A stretch of 57,939 bases of DNA, filler included, from Sphacelaria rigidula (lineage: Eukaryota), in NCBI GenBank assembly GCA_964200075.2. It is 6 parts of 6 records of this genome, joined end to end, with 100 filler letters (N's around TTAATTAATTAA, not from the genome) between each part and the next. Parts side by side here need not be neighbours in the genome. Positions count along the whole stretch, not along the records: positions 38,696 to 48,267 come from CAXNAA020008181.1; positions 48,368 to 57,939 come from CAXNAA020008182.1; 4 more parts are not named here. One strand, 5' to 3'. Below the pieces are notes generated by a model that did not search any database, was not told the DNA's origin, and saw only the letters and a list, made by a program, of their open reading frames with translations. Positions 39,794-52,501 of the stretch are shown piece by piece. Numbering within the stretch: the first letter of the stretch is position 1; every line of letters starts with the position of its first letter. A program made the translations under genes and the position numbers.

Positions 39794-42700
39794 ATGAATT
39801 GGAAGATCGTGGGGTCAGCGGTAATTCCGATTCGGTTCCACCCAAAAAACAGAGTAAGGAAAGTATGGGTTAGGGTGGTCGATGGATTGCCGTACGGATT
39901 TATTTTGGGAGCAAGTTTCTTTAGAAGGAACAAGAGAACACTGTCTTTTGAAGGTCGATCAAGATTTCGACCTTCGCCGGAGGCCCCGTGGGTAAGATTC
40001 GGGTCTAATGGTTCACCAAAAATCGGAGCTATTGACACCGATCACCTCACCGGCCAAGGAGATTCGGCAAGGTGGGATCTCTTCTGTGCTGTCAAGCCAA
40101 GCGCGCTCAGTGACGACCCGACGGGGGTATTGTCGGGAGAGAGCGATCTGGCAGCATGGGATGAGATGTGGGAGAGCCTTGGAGCGGCGTGGGAGGATGA
40201 CGCTACACTTCAGTGGCTTCTGCGGCTGACGGAGGACACACGGTTAGAAGGCTTCGTTAGTGAGCTAGTTCCAGGCTACATGTGAGGCCCTCAACCGCAG
40301 GAACGTCAACTCGTGTTGATCGATTCTCGAAAGTTGTTCGATTTAGATGAGGAAGCCGAAATAGGGGTAGCCAGGGGAGTGCAGTGGTGGGACCCACAGT
40401 TGCCGTTAGTATGTAAGTTGGTCGACAAGGCCAAGAGTGCTCGCCTAGTGAAGAAAGGTATGATAGTGGCGAAGGTTGTGGCCGTGAATGTTCGAGATCG
40501 CGAGCAGTTGCAAACCCTGTACGTGTCCGACTCGGGCACCACGCTTAAGTCGAGACTGGAGGATCGAGGGACTATGCGAACTCCTCCCCAACCGCCCCCG
40601 GAACCAACGGAAGTGGAGGAGAAGGACACAACTGAGGCCACAGGAGTAGATCTCACGGAAGCGAACATGGGCCAGTTGGGTCCAGCGCAGAAGACTCAGC
40701 TGTTACCCGTGTCAAGAGACTTCAACGAAGCAGGTCTTTTCGCGGTGGACCCCAAGCGGGTGAAAGCCGCGCGTGGGGAACCGTTGCATCTACGACTGAA
40801 AGATCCCCGGTGCCGGCCATGCACTGCCGGTACTAGGCGGTACTCGCCAGAACAAGAAACAGCTATACAAGACGAGGTCCAGAAAGTCGTGGAGCGGGGG
40901 ATCATTGAGCCGTCGACGTCCGCATGGGCAGCTGCTTGCGTCACGGTGTGGAAGAAGGGCGGTAGTTTACGGTTGTGTCAAGATTATCGTGGACCAAACG
41001 AACTTCTCGAGTCGCATAGCGGTGGATTGGGGGATATGCAGACCATGTATAGTGGCCTAGCAGGATCCAAGTACTTCACGAGTGTGGATTTAGCGAGTGG
41101 GCTTTTATTACAAGAGCGGGATTTCCGTCTTGGACCCATCAAGGATAGTTTAAGAGAGGGGCCTAAGTATGAAGGAGCTGGCAAGAGGCGGGATGCGAAC
41201 GTGCTCGATGATAATAATCTTTTATGGTACACCTCCCTTAAGGAGCCAGCCAAGTTAGCTATCCCGCGCAGCCTAGTGCCAGGGCTGCTGGCGTGGGTGC
41301 ACACTACGCACGGGCACGCCGGAGTAATGAGGACGACTGCAGTAGTCAACGCGAGGTACGAATGGCCTGGTCTTGTCGCCGATACTCGCAAATACGTGTT
41401 GTCTTGTGGATGTCGCCGACGCAAGCGTACCAACAGCCACACCCTAGCGATGCGGCCCGCCCGATTCCTGCGGGCATGGGAGGTGTTAGAGATGGACATA
41501 TCGGACATGAAGCAGGTTTCCACCTCAGGCAACAGGTACTTGTTGATCATCGTGGATCGAGCAACCAAGTTTTTCTTTGCTTCCCCATTGGCTGCCAAGC
41601 TCACGGTACCCGTAGCGAAATGTCTGCTGAAGCTCTTCTTGACGTTTGGGGTACCCTGTTTTTTAAGGAGTGACGCTGGGGGCGAGTTCACGTCGGAGGT
41701 ATTGAACCATGTATGCCAGTGGATGAAGGTGAAGCTGGATCATGGTCCGGCAGAGCATCCTCGCGGTCAGGGCGCGGTAGAGAGGTACGGGGGATGGTTG
41801 CACGACGTTTTGGCCGAGCTCTGTAAGCAATGGCCGGAAAGGCGGGATGAGTACGTAGACCCCGCTGTGTGGATTCACGGTACTACTCCCGATCCTTCAT
41901 TGCCTAATAGCCCGACTCCATTTAAGCTGCTTTTTGGGCGCGAGCCACGCACCCAAATAGACGCTGTGTCACCTGAAGCGGAGTCTCCACCGCTGAGCAA
42001 CACGGTGGAACAACAGCGCCAAAATCTGAAGGAGGTTCACGAGCTGTTAAACCAGCGCCACAAGCAAAGGGAAGAAGTAAGATCGGCTAGAAATGCCGAG
42101 CTGAGTCGCCAGTCGGCGGGGTCTCGAACTTAGGTAGAGGATCTGATGTTAGTGAAGGAGTCCGACAGCTCCCTTGTACACGAGGATGTGCCGACTGAAC
42201 TAGTGCACGACTTGTGGACGGGACCATGGACGGTACAGCAAGTGGTGATACCTCGTCTCAGCCTTAAGGTCAGCATGCAGGGGCGCAAGGTACGAGAACA
42301 GACAGTGTCGGCCGCCAATGTGAAGAAATTTCATGTGCGCCCTGAACAGCTGCGACATCCGTTTCCGGACGAGTACTCTCAGTTAGTATGGGAGTCTGAT
42401 TTGGGGTTGGCTGAAGAGATCGCATCCGTCCCGCAGCTGTGCACATTGGCAGATAGGAAGGTGGTGCTAGGATCAGGATCGTCATTGGAGTGGGCCTATC
42501 GGGGGTTATTTCATGACGGAGCCGAATCTCACTGGCTTTCTGAGGAGGAAGTGTTGGACAGTTTTACTGGGTTGCAGCTGGACGTGTTTCATGCTTTGTG
42601 GAAGCTTTATCACCCGCAAGCCAAACCACGCCCATCTGTTACGCCATCTCGAGCAGAAAGAGACTCTATTGCTCGGAATGAAGCTTTGCGACAGATTCCC

Positions 42701-42898
42701 CCAGGGACTAAAACCCGTAAACGATTTGTGGACAGCCAAGGTGAGCAGCAGGAGTTCGACGGGGTGGTGTTCGATTTCCGGCAGCCGTATTATCGTATCA
42801 AGTATGAGCATAGGGATTGGGAAGAGATGACGCCATTGGAGGTGCGAAAATATGCGGTGAATTGGCAGGATACCGGAACATTTGCGGGGTCTAACTGA
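39794..42898 (+). pseudogene. Ty3/Gypsy pol with in-frame RT-core/RNaseH deletion; integrase + chromo-like + Tudor-like tail
   Basis: Three ORFs in one frame separated by single stops; RRYSP..IIEPSTSAWAA..LRLCQDYR..YFTSVDLASG (RT N-terminus) fused to IN (HTTHGH..CGC; EMDI; SD(35)E; WTGPW). Confidence 0.9.
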
Positions 42899-43164
42899 TG
42901 GAGAAAAGGGATCGTTTCTGCACGGTATTTAAATTCCCTACGTGGTTTAACCCGGCAGAGCAGTCAGCAAGACAGCGAACCCCCGGGCGGGATAGAATTG
43001 TTCCTGCGCGGTGTTGAAATGCCCTACGCGGTCTAACACAGCAGAACGGTTATCAAGATCGACGGGTACACCAAGACACCGAGTACTCGGGAAGAGGGAC
43101 ATGGTAACGCGGCGATCCATCGTATGAACCACGTTCAGTCCCAGGGCTTTTCAACCCTAGGACT

Positions 43165-43560
43165 GAGGGGGGGTTATACGGATCGCGGCGTGGCGTGGTG
43201 GATAAGGGTAGTACGATGATGGGCCGTCGATTTCAAAACGACACTACGGGCCCGGAGGACTGATTGCGGGAACTGGCTAGTACCGCAATCAGGGGTGAGG
43301 ATGATGCAATCCGTCAAGAGACGGAATACATAAACATGTCTCTTTACATCTGGTTGGATCCTGTTCTTTTCAGGGATCGACTCAAGCAGATGTCACCCTG
43401 GTGTTCACTTCTCTGAAGTGCGAGTCAACATCACGAAGAGAAAAAGAGAAATCGAATCGGCCTGAAGCTGTGATCGACAATATCCTGACGTTTGTCGTGT
43501 ATCGTTCTGCGTAGGACTTTCCCCACATGCTGTAAGCTTAGGATGGTTTCAGGAATAACG
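43165..43560 (+). repeat. Possible PPT and 3' LTR of the preceding Gypsy element
   Basis: Purine tract GAGGGGGGG followed by (G)TTATAC..., possibly ending AATAAC; no partner LTR on the contig. Confidence 0.3.
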
Positions 43561-45625
43561 GTGAGACTGTAAAGATGTTTGATTCAAGCAGTGAGCAGAT
43601 GCAAGAAAATCGACATGATAGCGAAACGAGCTTTGTGCACAAATGGAATGGTGAAAGATGTGACCATATAGTAAAAGTAAGTCGTATTTACAGGAGCCAG
43701 CGAAACTTCGTGACTTGCATGATCGAAATTGTGTTGTTGCTTTGCTCTAGTACTCGGCTTGCACAGTAGATATACGCAAATGCGACAATAAGTCTGGCCA
43801 ACACCAATCTGTTTGTACCACAAGACCTGTGCGGTCGGTGGTTGATCGCGTGGGTGTCAAATGCAACGACAAGTGGTTGATCGTAGAGCACTCTTGTTCC
43901 TCGTGGGGTCATATCTCGCTCCAGCTTGTAATGCGTGACCTCCTCACATCGGAGTTAATTCTGGAAAGCTACTGTACCGAGGTTTTCACGCAGCCAGTGT
44001 GTGCTCCAGATTGCAGCATGGATGCACACCCCTCTGCACCACCCTAGTAACAGTTAGGTCACCACCATAGGTATCTTTTTTCACTCTGCATGTTGAGAAG
44101 GTCTCCATGAGAGTTTGATGTCTCATACACTCCCCCCAACTGGCTTGTGGCACGCTCTTGTGGTCGGGCACCCAGGTGGTCACATGTCGGGTAAAGTCAA
44201 CGCTGAATAACACCCCCCAAATTCAAATTGGATCTGGTATTGCCGCAGCACCATCCTTGCTGGCATGTGTGTGGCAGAGAACAGTAGCGGTGACGGGGAC
44301 ATTGCCCTGTTTTTCAACGGCATGTGTTTCAGCGCACAGAAGCGCGTCCCGTCCAAGAAGAGAGGCAGAGAGAAATCGATCTTCGCATTGGTGAGCTCCA
44401 CAAACAAGAAGAGACGAGATTCCTCCGCACCTCGATGTTCTTTGTGGAGCTATGCGCAGCAATATAATAACATACCTGCCGGCACATGAGAAATTGGGTA
44501 CATGCTGGTTACATGCATGATGCCAGTCTCTCGAGCGATTGGTAATCGCCGAGCGAGGACACACAAAGAGCACGGGCGAGCAATTTCCTCTCTGCCGTTG
44601 CCTGTCTCTCTGGTGATATCGTCATCGACACGCGTGTATACCGCATTCGTTCGGTGCAACTAGCCACAACTGCTTCACTGCTGCAGACTTTTGGGGGGAA
44701 ATATGGCTTCTCTCTGTGTAACTGTTTCGCGTCATTCCTGCAAAAAAGATATGCCGATTTCACCTCATTTTAGAGATCAACCCAATTCTCCATGATCCAT
44801 TGTTACTAGTAGCAGATATAGATTCTGGAGGATTGTATACCCCCACTGTAGCCTTTTCTAGTGTGCGTTTGCTGGCGGCTACGGCTTGTGAACAGGCTTG
44901 TATTGCGTCATTTTGAAGTTGTAACAGGGTTCGTACAGTCTTAGTTGGATGAGGAAGTATTTATGCCCTTGCCGCCTGGTTGTGGCAGCTTGTCTGGTAA
45001 AATAGTGAGACTGAATCGTTCTTTGTACGGATTGAAACAAGCGTCTAGGCAATGGCATAATCACTAGGCAAAACGCTTGGATGTCCTAGGGCTAAAGATC
45101 AATGCTCGGCGGATTCATGTGTATTTCGGTTGATGGAGGATAGCAGGGTAATTATAACCATCGTGGTATATGTAGACGACATTTTGCGGTAGGGGAGAAG
45201 GAGAGATACGAAGAGTTTGGTAAGGACCTCAACACTGTGGTTCCGGTGGAGAACCTTGGGGAATTGCGTTGGTCTTCTGGACTGTACTATGAGAGAGACG
45301 GGAAGAGGGACCCTCAAGATTTCACAACAGACGTGCACAGAATAGGTGGCGAAGGAATACGGTGTAGAGTGAGGAAAGATTATTCCCATTGCTGCTAGTG
45401 TGAAGCTTAATGAAGAATTCAGTGTAGAAGAACAGAAAACGAAACTTCCGTTTCGGGAGTCAGTAGGATCGCTGATGTGGCTGGCAACTCAAGCGAGGCC
45501 AGGCACATCCAACGTAGTATGTGCAGTAGCGAGATATCGTACCTCATCTAAACTCATTCATTGACATACTGCCCTTGGCATTCTGAGATATGTGAAGCGA
45601 ACAAGTTCACTAGGGATGGCTTCCT

Positions 45626-46069
45626 AACACGAGATCTTACAAAATGGGGATGAATGTTTTATTGAGGATGAGAAACCCGGAGAGTTAAAGTCTTCGTATC
45701 CACACCAAATCTTCGAAATATGGTTCCATTTTTTCACCTTCTGATAGCTATTGACAACTGTCACACGCCATTGAAATTTGGGTTTGGATCACCGAAATGT
45801 TGGGGTCCTAGGTGAAAAACCAATTTCGGCATCATATGAGCGTCTGTTCGGACACCCAAAACTCCCCAAAACTGTTTTTTCACCTAGGACCCCAACATTC
45901 AGGTTATCGAGATCCAAATTTATATGTCGTGCAGCAGTTGTCAAAAGTTATCAGTAGGTGAAGGAATAGAACTATATTTCGAAGATTTGGTGTGGATACG
46001 AAGATTTTCATTCTCCGGGTTTCTCATCCCCAATAAATTATCCGACCCCAATTCGTAAGATCCCGTGTT
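45626..46069. mobile_element. Fold-back MITE (444 bp) inserted in Copia
   Basis: Arms of about 190 bp are inverted copies (AACACGAGATCTTAC / GTAAGATCCCGTGTT); TCCT duplicated on both flanks. Confidence 0.85.
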
Positions 46070-46418
46070 TCCTGTAGGGAAAGCGTGTCGGAACTAAGCT
46101 TTCTAGTGTTTGCAGATGCCGACTACGCAAGTAAGGCAGCTGATAGATGGGCGGGTATCTGGGGGACCAATGATGTGTGGGGGTGGGTATGTGTCTTGGT
46201 TTCCTAGGACGCAGAAGTCCGTAAAGATGCCTACAGCGGAGGCAGAATACGTCGCTATAACGGATATCAAGGAGGTATTGTTTCTGAGGCAGGTTTCGCG
46301 CTTCTTCTTTTTTGTTGCCGGAGGTGGGAATTCCGTGCATTCCCGTGTTCGAGGATAACCAGGGAGCTATTCAGCTTGCACAGAATCCTGTAACAAACTC
46401 CAACTCCAATCACTTTGG

Positions 46419-46843
46419 ACAGACAATTTTTTAGAATGAGGTTGTATACTAAAATGAGGTTCAAGCCCAAAACAGTGTTTCCCTATACTTACAGCGACAA
46501 TGTCCAAACACTTTTTTTGTCGGCATGATGCCCGTTGATCGCGTAAATACCTTTCTCAGCGCATTTTACTGACTCTGTGAGCTCACAACGCTGAGCGAAA
46601 CTGCCATATTCCCTAATTTTTCAGGAGGGGGGGGGGTGATATCGGGGAATATGGCAGTTTCACTGAGCGCTGTAAGCTCACAGAGTCAGTAAAATGTGCT
46701 GAAACATTATCTACGCGATCGAAGGGCATCATGCTGACATAAAAAACCATTGAGCACCATCGCTGTAAGTGTGGGGAAAGCACTGTTTGAGGCTTGAACC
46801 TCATTTTTTTAGTGTACAACCTCATTTTATGGAATTGTCTGTT
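46419..46843. mobile_element. Fold-back MITE (about 425 bp) inserted in Copia RNaseH
   Basis: Near-palindrome ACAGACAATT...AATTGTCTGT; related termini at 38696-38750 and about 48160-48200. Confidence 0.82.
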
Positions 46844-46848
46844 ATTGA

Positions 46849-47257
46849 CAGGGGTCTACACGTTACAGGTGACTCTGTAACGTGAAACATTCGGGAAAAC
46901 GTGTCATTTAAAGCTACGTAAGATTTGATTTTTTGGATGGGTGTAACGTGACATGATGTAACATGTGGTCCTTCGAATAAACCCTAACAAAGCGTTTTAC
47001 TTTCGAAATGTGAGGAAAACTTTGATTATGTTCGTGAATTTGTGACGTGTCACGTGTCAAGTTAAAAATTCACAAGAACAGTTTTTTTTCACGGTTGGAA
47101 AATCCCAAGAGACACTGCTTCAAGATCCACACGTTACATCACGTTACGTTACATTTGTCGTGTCCAAGAAATCAAACCTTACGCAGCGTGAAATGACCCA
47201 GAGTTACGTTTCTTCCGTTTTTTCAAATGCGTTACGTGTGTTACGTGTATATCCCTG
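46849..47257. mobile_element. hAT-like non-autonomous element (409 bp)
   Basis: TIRs CAGGGGTCTACACGTTAC / GTTACGTGTATATCCCTG; 8-bp TSD GTTATTGA/GTTACTGA; repeated subterminal CGTTAC/GTAAC motifs. Confidence 0.8.
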
Positions 47258-48267
47258 GTTACTGACGTGCGACATCATCTTATCAGGGAACTGGCAGCGA
47301 GGAAGGATAGTTCGAGTATTCACCTACATACTGTCGGAATTTCAGCATGCAGACTTCTTGACTAAGGTACTACCGACGGAGACTTTCACATTTCATCGTA
47401 ATTTCGTCATGAATACTGTGTAACGTTTCCAACACTCTAATGCGTTGATCTGATGTGACTAGTAGTAGTGTTGATGTAAGCTGAGTTTTGATTTACATGG
47501 TATACTGATTTGATTGTTTCTCTTTGATGAGTTGACTTGATTCGAGATTAGATTCATCTGGTGTACTGATTGGATCGTTTATTTTCAATTGATGTGAGTT
47601 GAGGTTGGATTCCTCCGATAAAGTGATTTGATTTGATAAATAGATGTAGTTGCGAGTTGACTCAAATCCATATATGTGGAGACCACCTATTTTTTATGTA
47701 TGAGCGTACTGGACATCCAAATACACATGTAAGGCGGAGAAACAGTCTCAGGAACGGGGTCCGCCAGTGACACACATGAGCGGACCCGAGACATGCAAAC
47801 CTGTGAAACTGGATCTTGGGCAACCTAGGCAAAGAGGGTCTCCGGTACAAAAGCCCGAAACAGCGGGGCCACCGCATGAACTCTGGTAGAATGTAGCCGG
47901 TACTACCGTACCACCTCGTTCACTCCTTCTCCTTGCCTACCATCGGTCACGGCCGGATCCTTGCCTAAATGACAAGAGAGAGAATTACGCCTCGCTCTGG
48001 AGATCCTTCGGCAGCAGGGTACAACAACGTTCTTCTTCGGGACCCGTAACTCTACTGCCTCACCCCTAGCGAAGCCTAGTTCACACATACATCTGCTTCT
48101 TTTCAAGTATGAGCTAGTTTTGTTTCGATCTGAGATACTTGGATCCACTTGTTTGAAACTATTGCTTGGGGTTGAAACACAAAATGAGGTTGAAGTCCCA
48201 TTTAACAGGGTTGCCAGAAAAATGAGAACGTATTTTGAAATGAGAATCAACCGCTCACCGGGATTGT

Positions 48268-48367
48268 NNNNNNNNNNNNNNNNNNNNNNNNNNNNNNNNN
48301 NNNNNNNNNNNTTAATTAATTAANNNNNNNNNNNNNNNNNNNNNNNNNNNNNNNNNNNNNNNNNNNN
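48268..48367. other. Artificial contig spacer
   Basis: N44-TTAATTAATTAA-N44. Confidence 0.98.
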
Positions 48368-49069
48368 GGCGTGCTCCGTCCCGGCTTTGTAGGGATGCGA
48401 GGTCAATAGTCTGATGACTATGGCATGCACGATCATGAGTATACCCACCCGCCCACCTCCTCTGTGATGAATATGAAATATCCACCCCCCACCGCACGTG
48501 AGTATGTATATTCGTGTCTCGCTACAAAGAAGCATCAAGTACATGTTTTGCTCTAATGAATATTGCCGTGCACACCCCGCCGCATGCTTCTTGAAAAATC
48601 TTGAAACCGTGAGCACTGAAAGGACGATCGTTCAACGACCTTGAGGTGTATCTACCTCAGTATGTGTCAACTGCACACATCTATACTGTAAGTCTCGGCT
48701 AAGTATACCGACGAAACTTGACTGCAATGTCCTAATTATTTCTTGCTGTACATGATGCGCGGTCGACACTGCATACATCGTTCTTGCCGCTGCGTGTACG
48801 CCAGCATGGTGAACCGGACCCGCCTAGAGTAAATTTCCCTATTAAGGTACAATATCAATTAAGGTACAACTTGTTTTAATAATCCATAACGCCGCGAAAT
48901 ACTGATCGTGTTCAATTCTAGCTTTTGCTGCGTGTGCACAAGAGCACGATGCTTTGTTTGGGCTACTGCACGTTCCTATAGCATCAAACACCATCATCCC
49001 ACCGCACTGTGAATAAGTGCGTATGTGTCTTTCTCCAAAATCAGCTTTTTGGTTGATCGGCTGCTAAGC

Positions 49070-49586
49070 ATGCAGAGAGCAAGGGTGGACCCAGAACGTG
49101 CAGTAGAGGCCGTAGAAGCGGTACCCAGCGGTCGCATGACCTTCCGTGCTGCTGCAAAGGCCTTTGGCATCTCCGTTAGTTCGCTGCAGAAGTGTGTCAG
49201 TGGTAGCGTGGGTATAGCTGGCAGGGTTGGCCCGGGTACTGTACTGTCGACGGAGGAAGAAAACTCCATCGAAGAAATGCTGAAATTTTCCGCAGCTCAT
49301 CAACGGGCCTAAGCAGAGATGACCTGGAACAGGCGGTGATGGTAATCTACAGCGACAACCAACCGGTGTCATGGGACCCCGCAGTAGGCCCAGGCCGAAC
49401 ATGGCTTCACTTGTTCCTTTGGGGGCACCCGTGGCTAGCGGGGCGCAGCAACCGCGTTCACGGGGCCGACAGGGTGGTGCGGCCGACGAAGGAGATCGCA
49501 TGCCGGAGGTTTATGCGGCCTGTGAGGACTACGTGGACAAGGAGAAGCCAGCAACCGACCACACATGGAACACTGACGAGACAGGC
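49070..49586 (+). pseudogene. pogo/Tigger-like (Tc1-mariner) transposase N-terminal relic
   Basis: psq-type HTH (AVEAVPSGRMTFRAAAKAFGISVSSL), G+TVLSTEEE linker, CENP-B-like HTH (GPGRTWLHLFL..HP), WNTDETG first catalytic motif; two frameshifts. Confidence 0.82.
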
Positions 49587-50284
49587 GCTTTACAGTATTA
49601 AGAGCCGTTCCGTTTATGTGACACAACGCATGTGTCTAGAGCTAGAGCTAGAGCCAGAGGCTGTTGCTATGGAGTGGTGTTTTCTGCGCTTATTATGCTG
49701 CGTTTAAAACGGTAATATTATCGCCGCATTCTTCGCCGACACAGCACTTGGCGTTTGCCTGCTCATTGCTGTCTCGGCGTGTTCTGTTGATTGCACTTAC
49801 TCTTTGTAGAGGTACTGCCTATGAATTCTGTAGAGATGTTGCAAGTACCGCCGTTAGAGGTGGTGCTAGTACTGTGCGTAGCACCCGATACTCGACCTAG
49901 TACTCTCTCCACGTTCCCCCTCCCCCCGTCCCGCCCCGCGCCCCCTATACACGCCACTCGTGGATACATTCGCTGTATGTGTTACTCCGCAAGGGACCAA
50001 GGCGTGGAAGGTCATCGTCGAGAAAGATTCGGCAAACCTTCCGCTGCTTGGTTTGCTCTGTTTTATGCTCGCTGCTGTCTGCGAGCTGCGCTTGATGTTC
50101 TCGTAGTCACTGTCGATTTTTGTGAGAATTTTTTGTGTGTTGGGGAGGGGAGGCAGCAAACGTGCCTCATTGTAACCCAGTCACATCCGTCGAACACAAA
50201 CTTTTGCAATAATTATGTCGGAACTTATTCGAGTTGGTTGGGTAGCTGCTCTGAACAAACGGAAATCATAGAGCTCTACGAACG

Positions 50285-51650
50285 TGTTCGTCGAGTACGG
50301 CGTTGCCAAGCACTGAGAAGAATGCCCAAAACTGTTCCGAAAATCCGGGGATAGAGACCAATTTTATCCCCGAATTGACTATTTTTCCTCTTTGGTGCGG
50401 GAAAGTGATGCGTTGTGATGCATGATGATGCGTAAATATAAATGCCAAGATCTGGAACGTCCCAGGTGTTGCATTTTCGTAGTCATTGTCTTTTCTGGTG
50501 AAGAATGAATGATTAGGGGGCATCATTCAACGTGCGTCATAGAACCTTAATCGTAACCGATGAACACCAATTTTTGGGAGAAAATTGTCGATTTTTTTTT
50601 CGACGGGTTACGAAAAGAAAAAAGATAAAAAATGTTTTCGTTGAGTACGGCGTCGCCAAATACAGACTTAATGGCCAAATTCGTTCCAAAAACTAGGGCG
50701 ATAGGCCATCTTCATCTTTGCATTCCATTTTTTTCTGCAAAATGGACCACACTAATCTCATGAACATTAACAGCAGAAGAGAAGGTCTGAAACGTCCCAG
50801 GTGTTCCATTTTCGTAGTCATTCATATCGATTTCTGGTGGAAAATAAGTGAGTAGGGGGCATCACTTAACGTGCGTCATAGAGTACCTTGATCGTAACCG
50901 TTGAGCACCTAATTTTGGGAGATTACTGTCAAAACGTATATCAATGGCTTAAGGCCGCTCCTTATAACAGACAAGAATAAAAATCTGGAAAAGTGCCTCT
51001 TTGGAGCTTTTGCGTCGTTTTACGCCTCAAAAGAGAGTCAGGTAGAGTTTGACACTTTCGAAAGACTTGCTCTACGAGTTGAAGCAGTTTCAGGACATCT
51101 TCCCGTTTTCCGGTGGCCGCAGTTTTCATTTTGACCTAACAAGAATTTTTGTTCACGAACGGTAAAAAACAGTCAAGTCCAGAGAAAACTCTAAACTCGA
51201 TTTCTTCTAGATTTGACTGTTTTTTACCGTTCTTGGACAAAAACAAATGTTTGGCCAAAATGAAACTGCGACCACCGGAAAACGGGAAGATGTTCTGGAA
51301 CCACCTAAACTAGTAGAGCAAGTCATTCCAAGGTGTCAAACTCCGCCTAGCTCTCTTTGGGGGCGTGAAACGCCGTGAAAACTAAAAAAAAGCACTTTTC
51401 CAGATTTTTATTTTTGTCTATTTTAAGGAGCGGCCTAAAAATGAAAAAAAGTGGAGGGAAACATATATAGTTTTCGTCGAGTACGGCGTTTCCAAACACA
51501 GACACGATGACGATTTTTTCCCCGAAAACCCGGGGATAGGCGGTTCTCATCCCCGTATGGAAATGTTCCTTTCTTTTTCCCCCTCAAAACAGACTGCACT
51601 CATCTCATAAGCATTTGCACCAAAGGAGAAGGTCTCCAACGTCTCAGGTC
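50285..51650. repeat. Degenerate tandem repeat, unit about 350 bp, about 2.6 copies (starts near 50285, 50634, 51470)
   Basis: Recurring TTCGTCGAGTACGGCG..CCAA, AACGTCCCAGGTGTT, GGGGCATCA...AACGTGCGTCATAG; interrupted by a MITE. Confidence 0.75.
50953..51435. mobile_element. Fold-back MITE with GG...CC ends at a TTAA-like site (Kolobok-like termini)
   Basis: Near-palindrome GGCCGCTCCTTA...TAAGGAGCGGCC; flanks TTAA / TAAA; second copy at 56769-57149. Confidence 0.82.
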
Positions 51651-52501
51651 GCGAGGAACCAAGTGTTGCGTAAAGTGTACCTTAATTGGAACCGAGGGTA
51701 TCTTGGCTGCATTTTTTACGTCAATAGAGCCATACTCCACTGCTACTCTTGCGACTTGGTTTGATTATTTTTCAATTTTGGAACGCTTGGGTGATATAGG
51801 ATTAAATTTTCTCTCTCCAGATACCCTGGGCATCCTTCTTCGTGCCGTGGTTACCACGAACCAGAGTTTTTCCCGTCAGATGCCTTAAGCGTACCTTATT
51901 GGGACATTCAGCTCTATGATCTCAGGAATTCAAATGTCTCCACTCAAAAGTTCAACTTGGTACCCACGGTAGATATCGAACGTCATTTGCACATTCCCCT
52001 CTGTTGTCGTCCCAACAGTATATGACCCAGCAGAGAAAATGAGGGAAACGGGCATAGATATCAGCAGCTGCAGCAGACGAATGACATTGTACGCTTTGAC
52101 CGATTGCCCTACGATGTCAGACGACGTGTGCGGGCAAGGAGGGGAGGCCATCCCACTCTTATTTCCATTCGTTGTGGAGAACGGTTTTACGAGATGGATC
52201 CATCGCCGGGACATCGCGGTGTGAGCGGAATATTTTGTCTCTGCACCATGCAAATATTCGAATATTCGGTGACAATCTAGACCATGAGAGGTCGACTCGG
52301 CAATTGCCCTGAGGCCCCTACGCTTGACTGACCTCACCAGGCACCAAAGCGATAACAATCACCTCATCAGCAGGCGACGGTCACGAACGGGGATGGATCA
52401 TAGCAGTGACTCCGTCGCATGGGATAACTGAGAACAGGGTCAGTGTGCAGCTCTTTTTCAAATTATCAGAACGACCTTTGCAGAGTACTACAGCACACTA
52501 C

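Larger units (their letters stand above)
44810..47423 (+). pseudogene. Ty1/Copia RT-RNaseH relic interrupted by three insertions
   Basis: [34 protein letters not shown] at 45169-45180; FADADYA; TAEAEYVA; FEDNQGAI; DVRHH; QHADFLTK..*; many stops and frameshifts. Confidence 0.92.

Noticed and set aside
48368-52500. Downstream exons of the SFC1-like carrier
   Set aside because: No second carrier-repeat signature found by eye; probably beyond the contig end or missed
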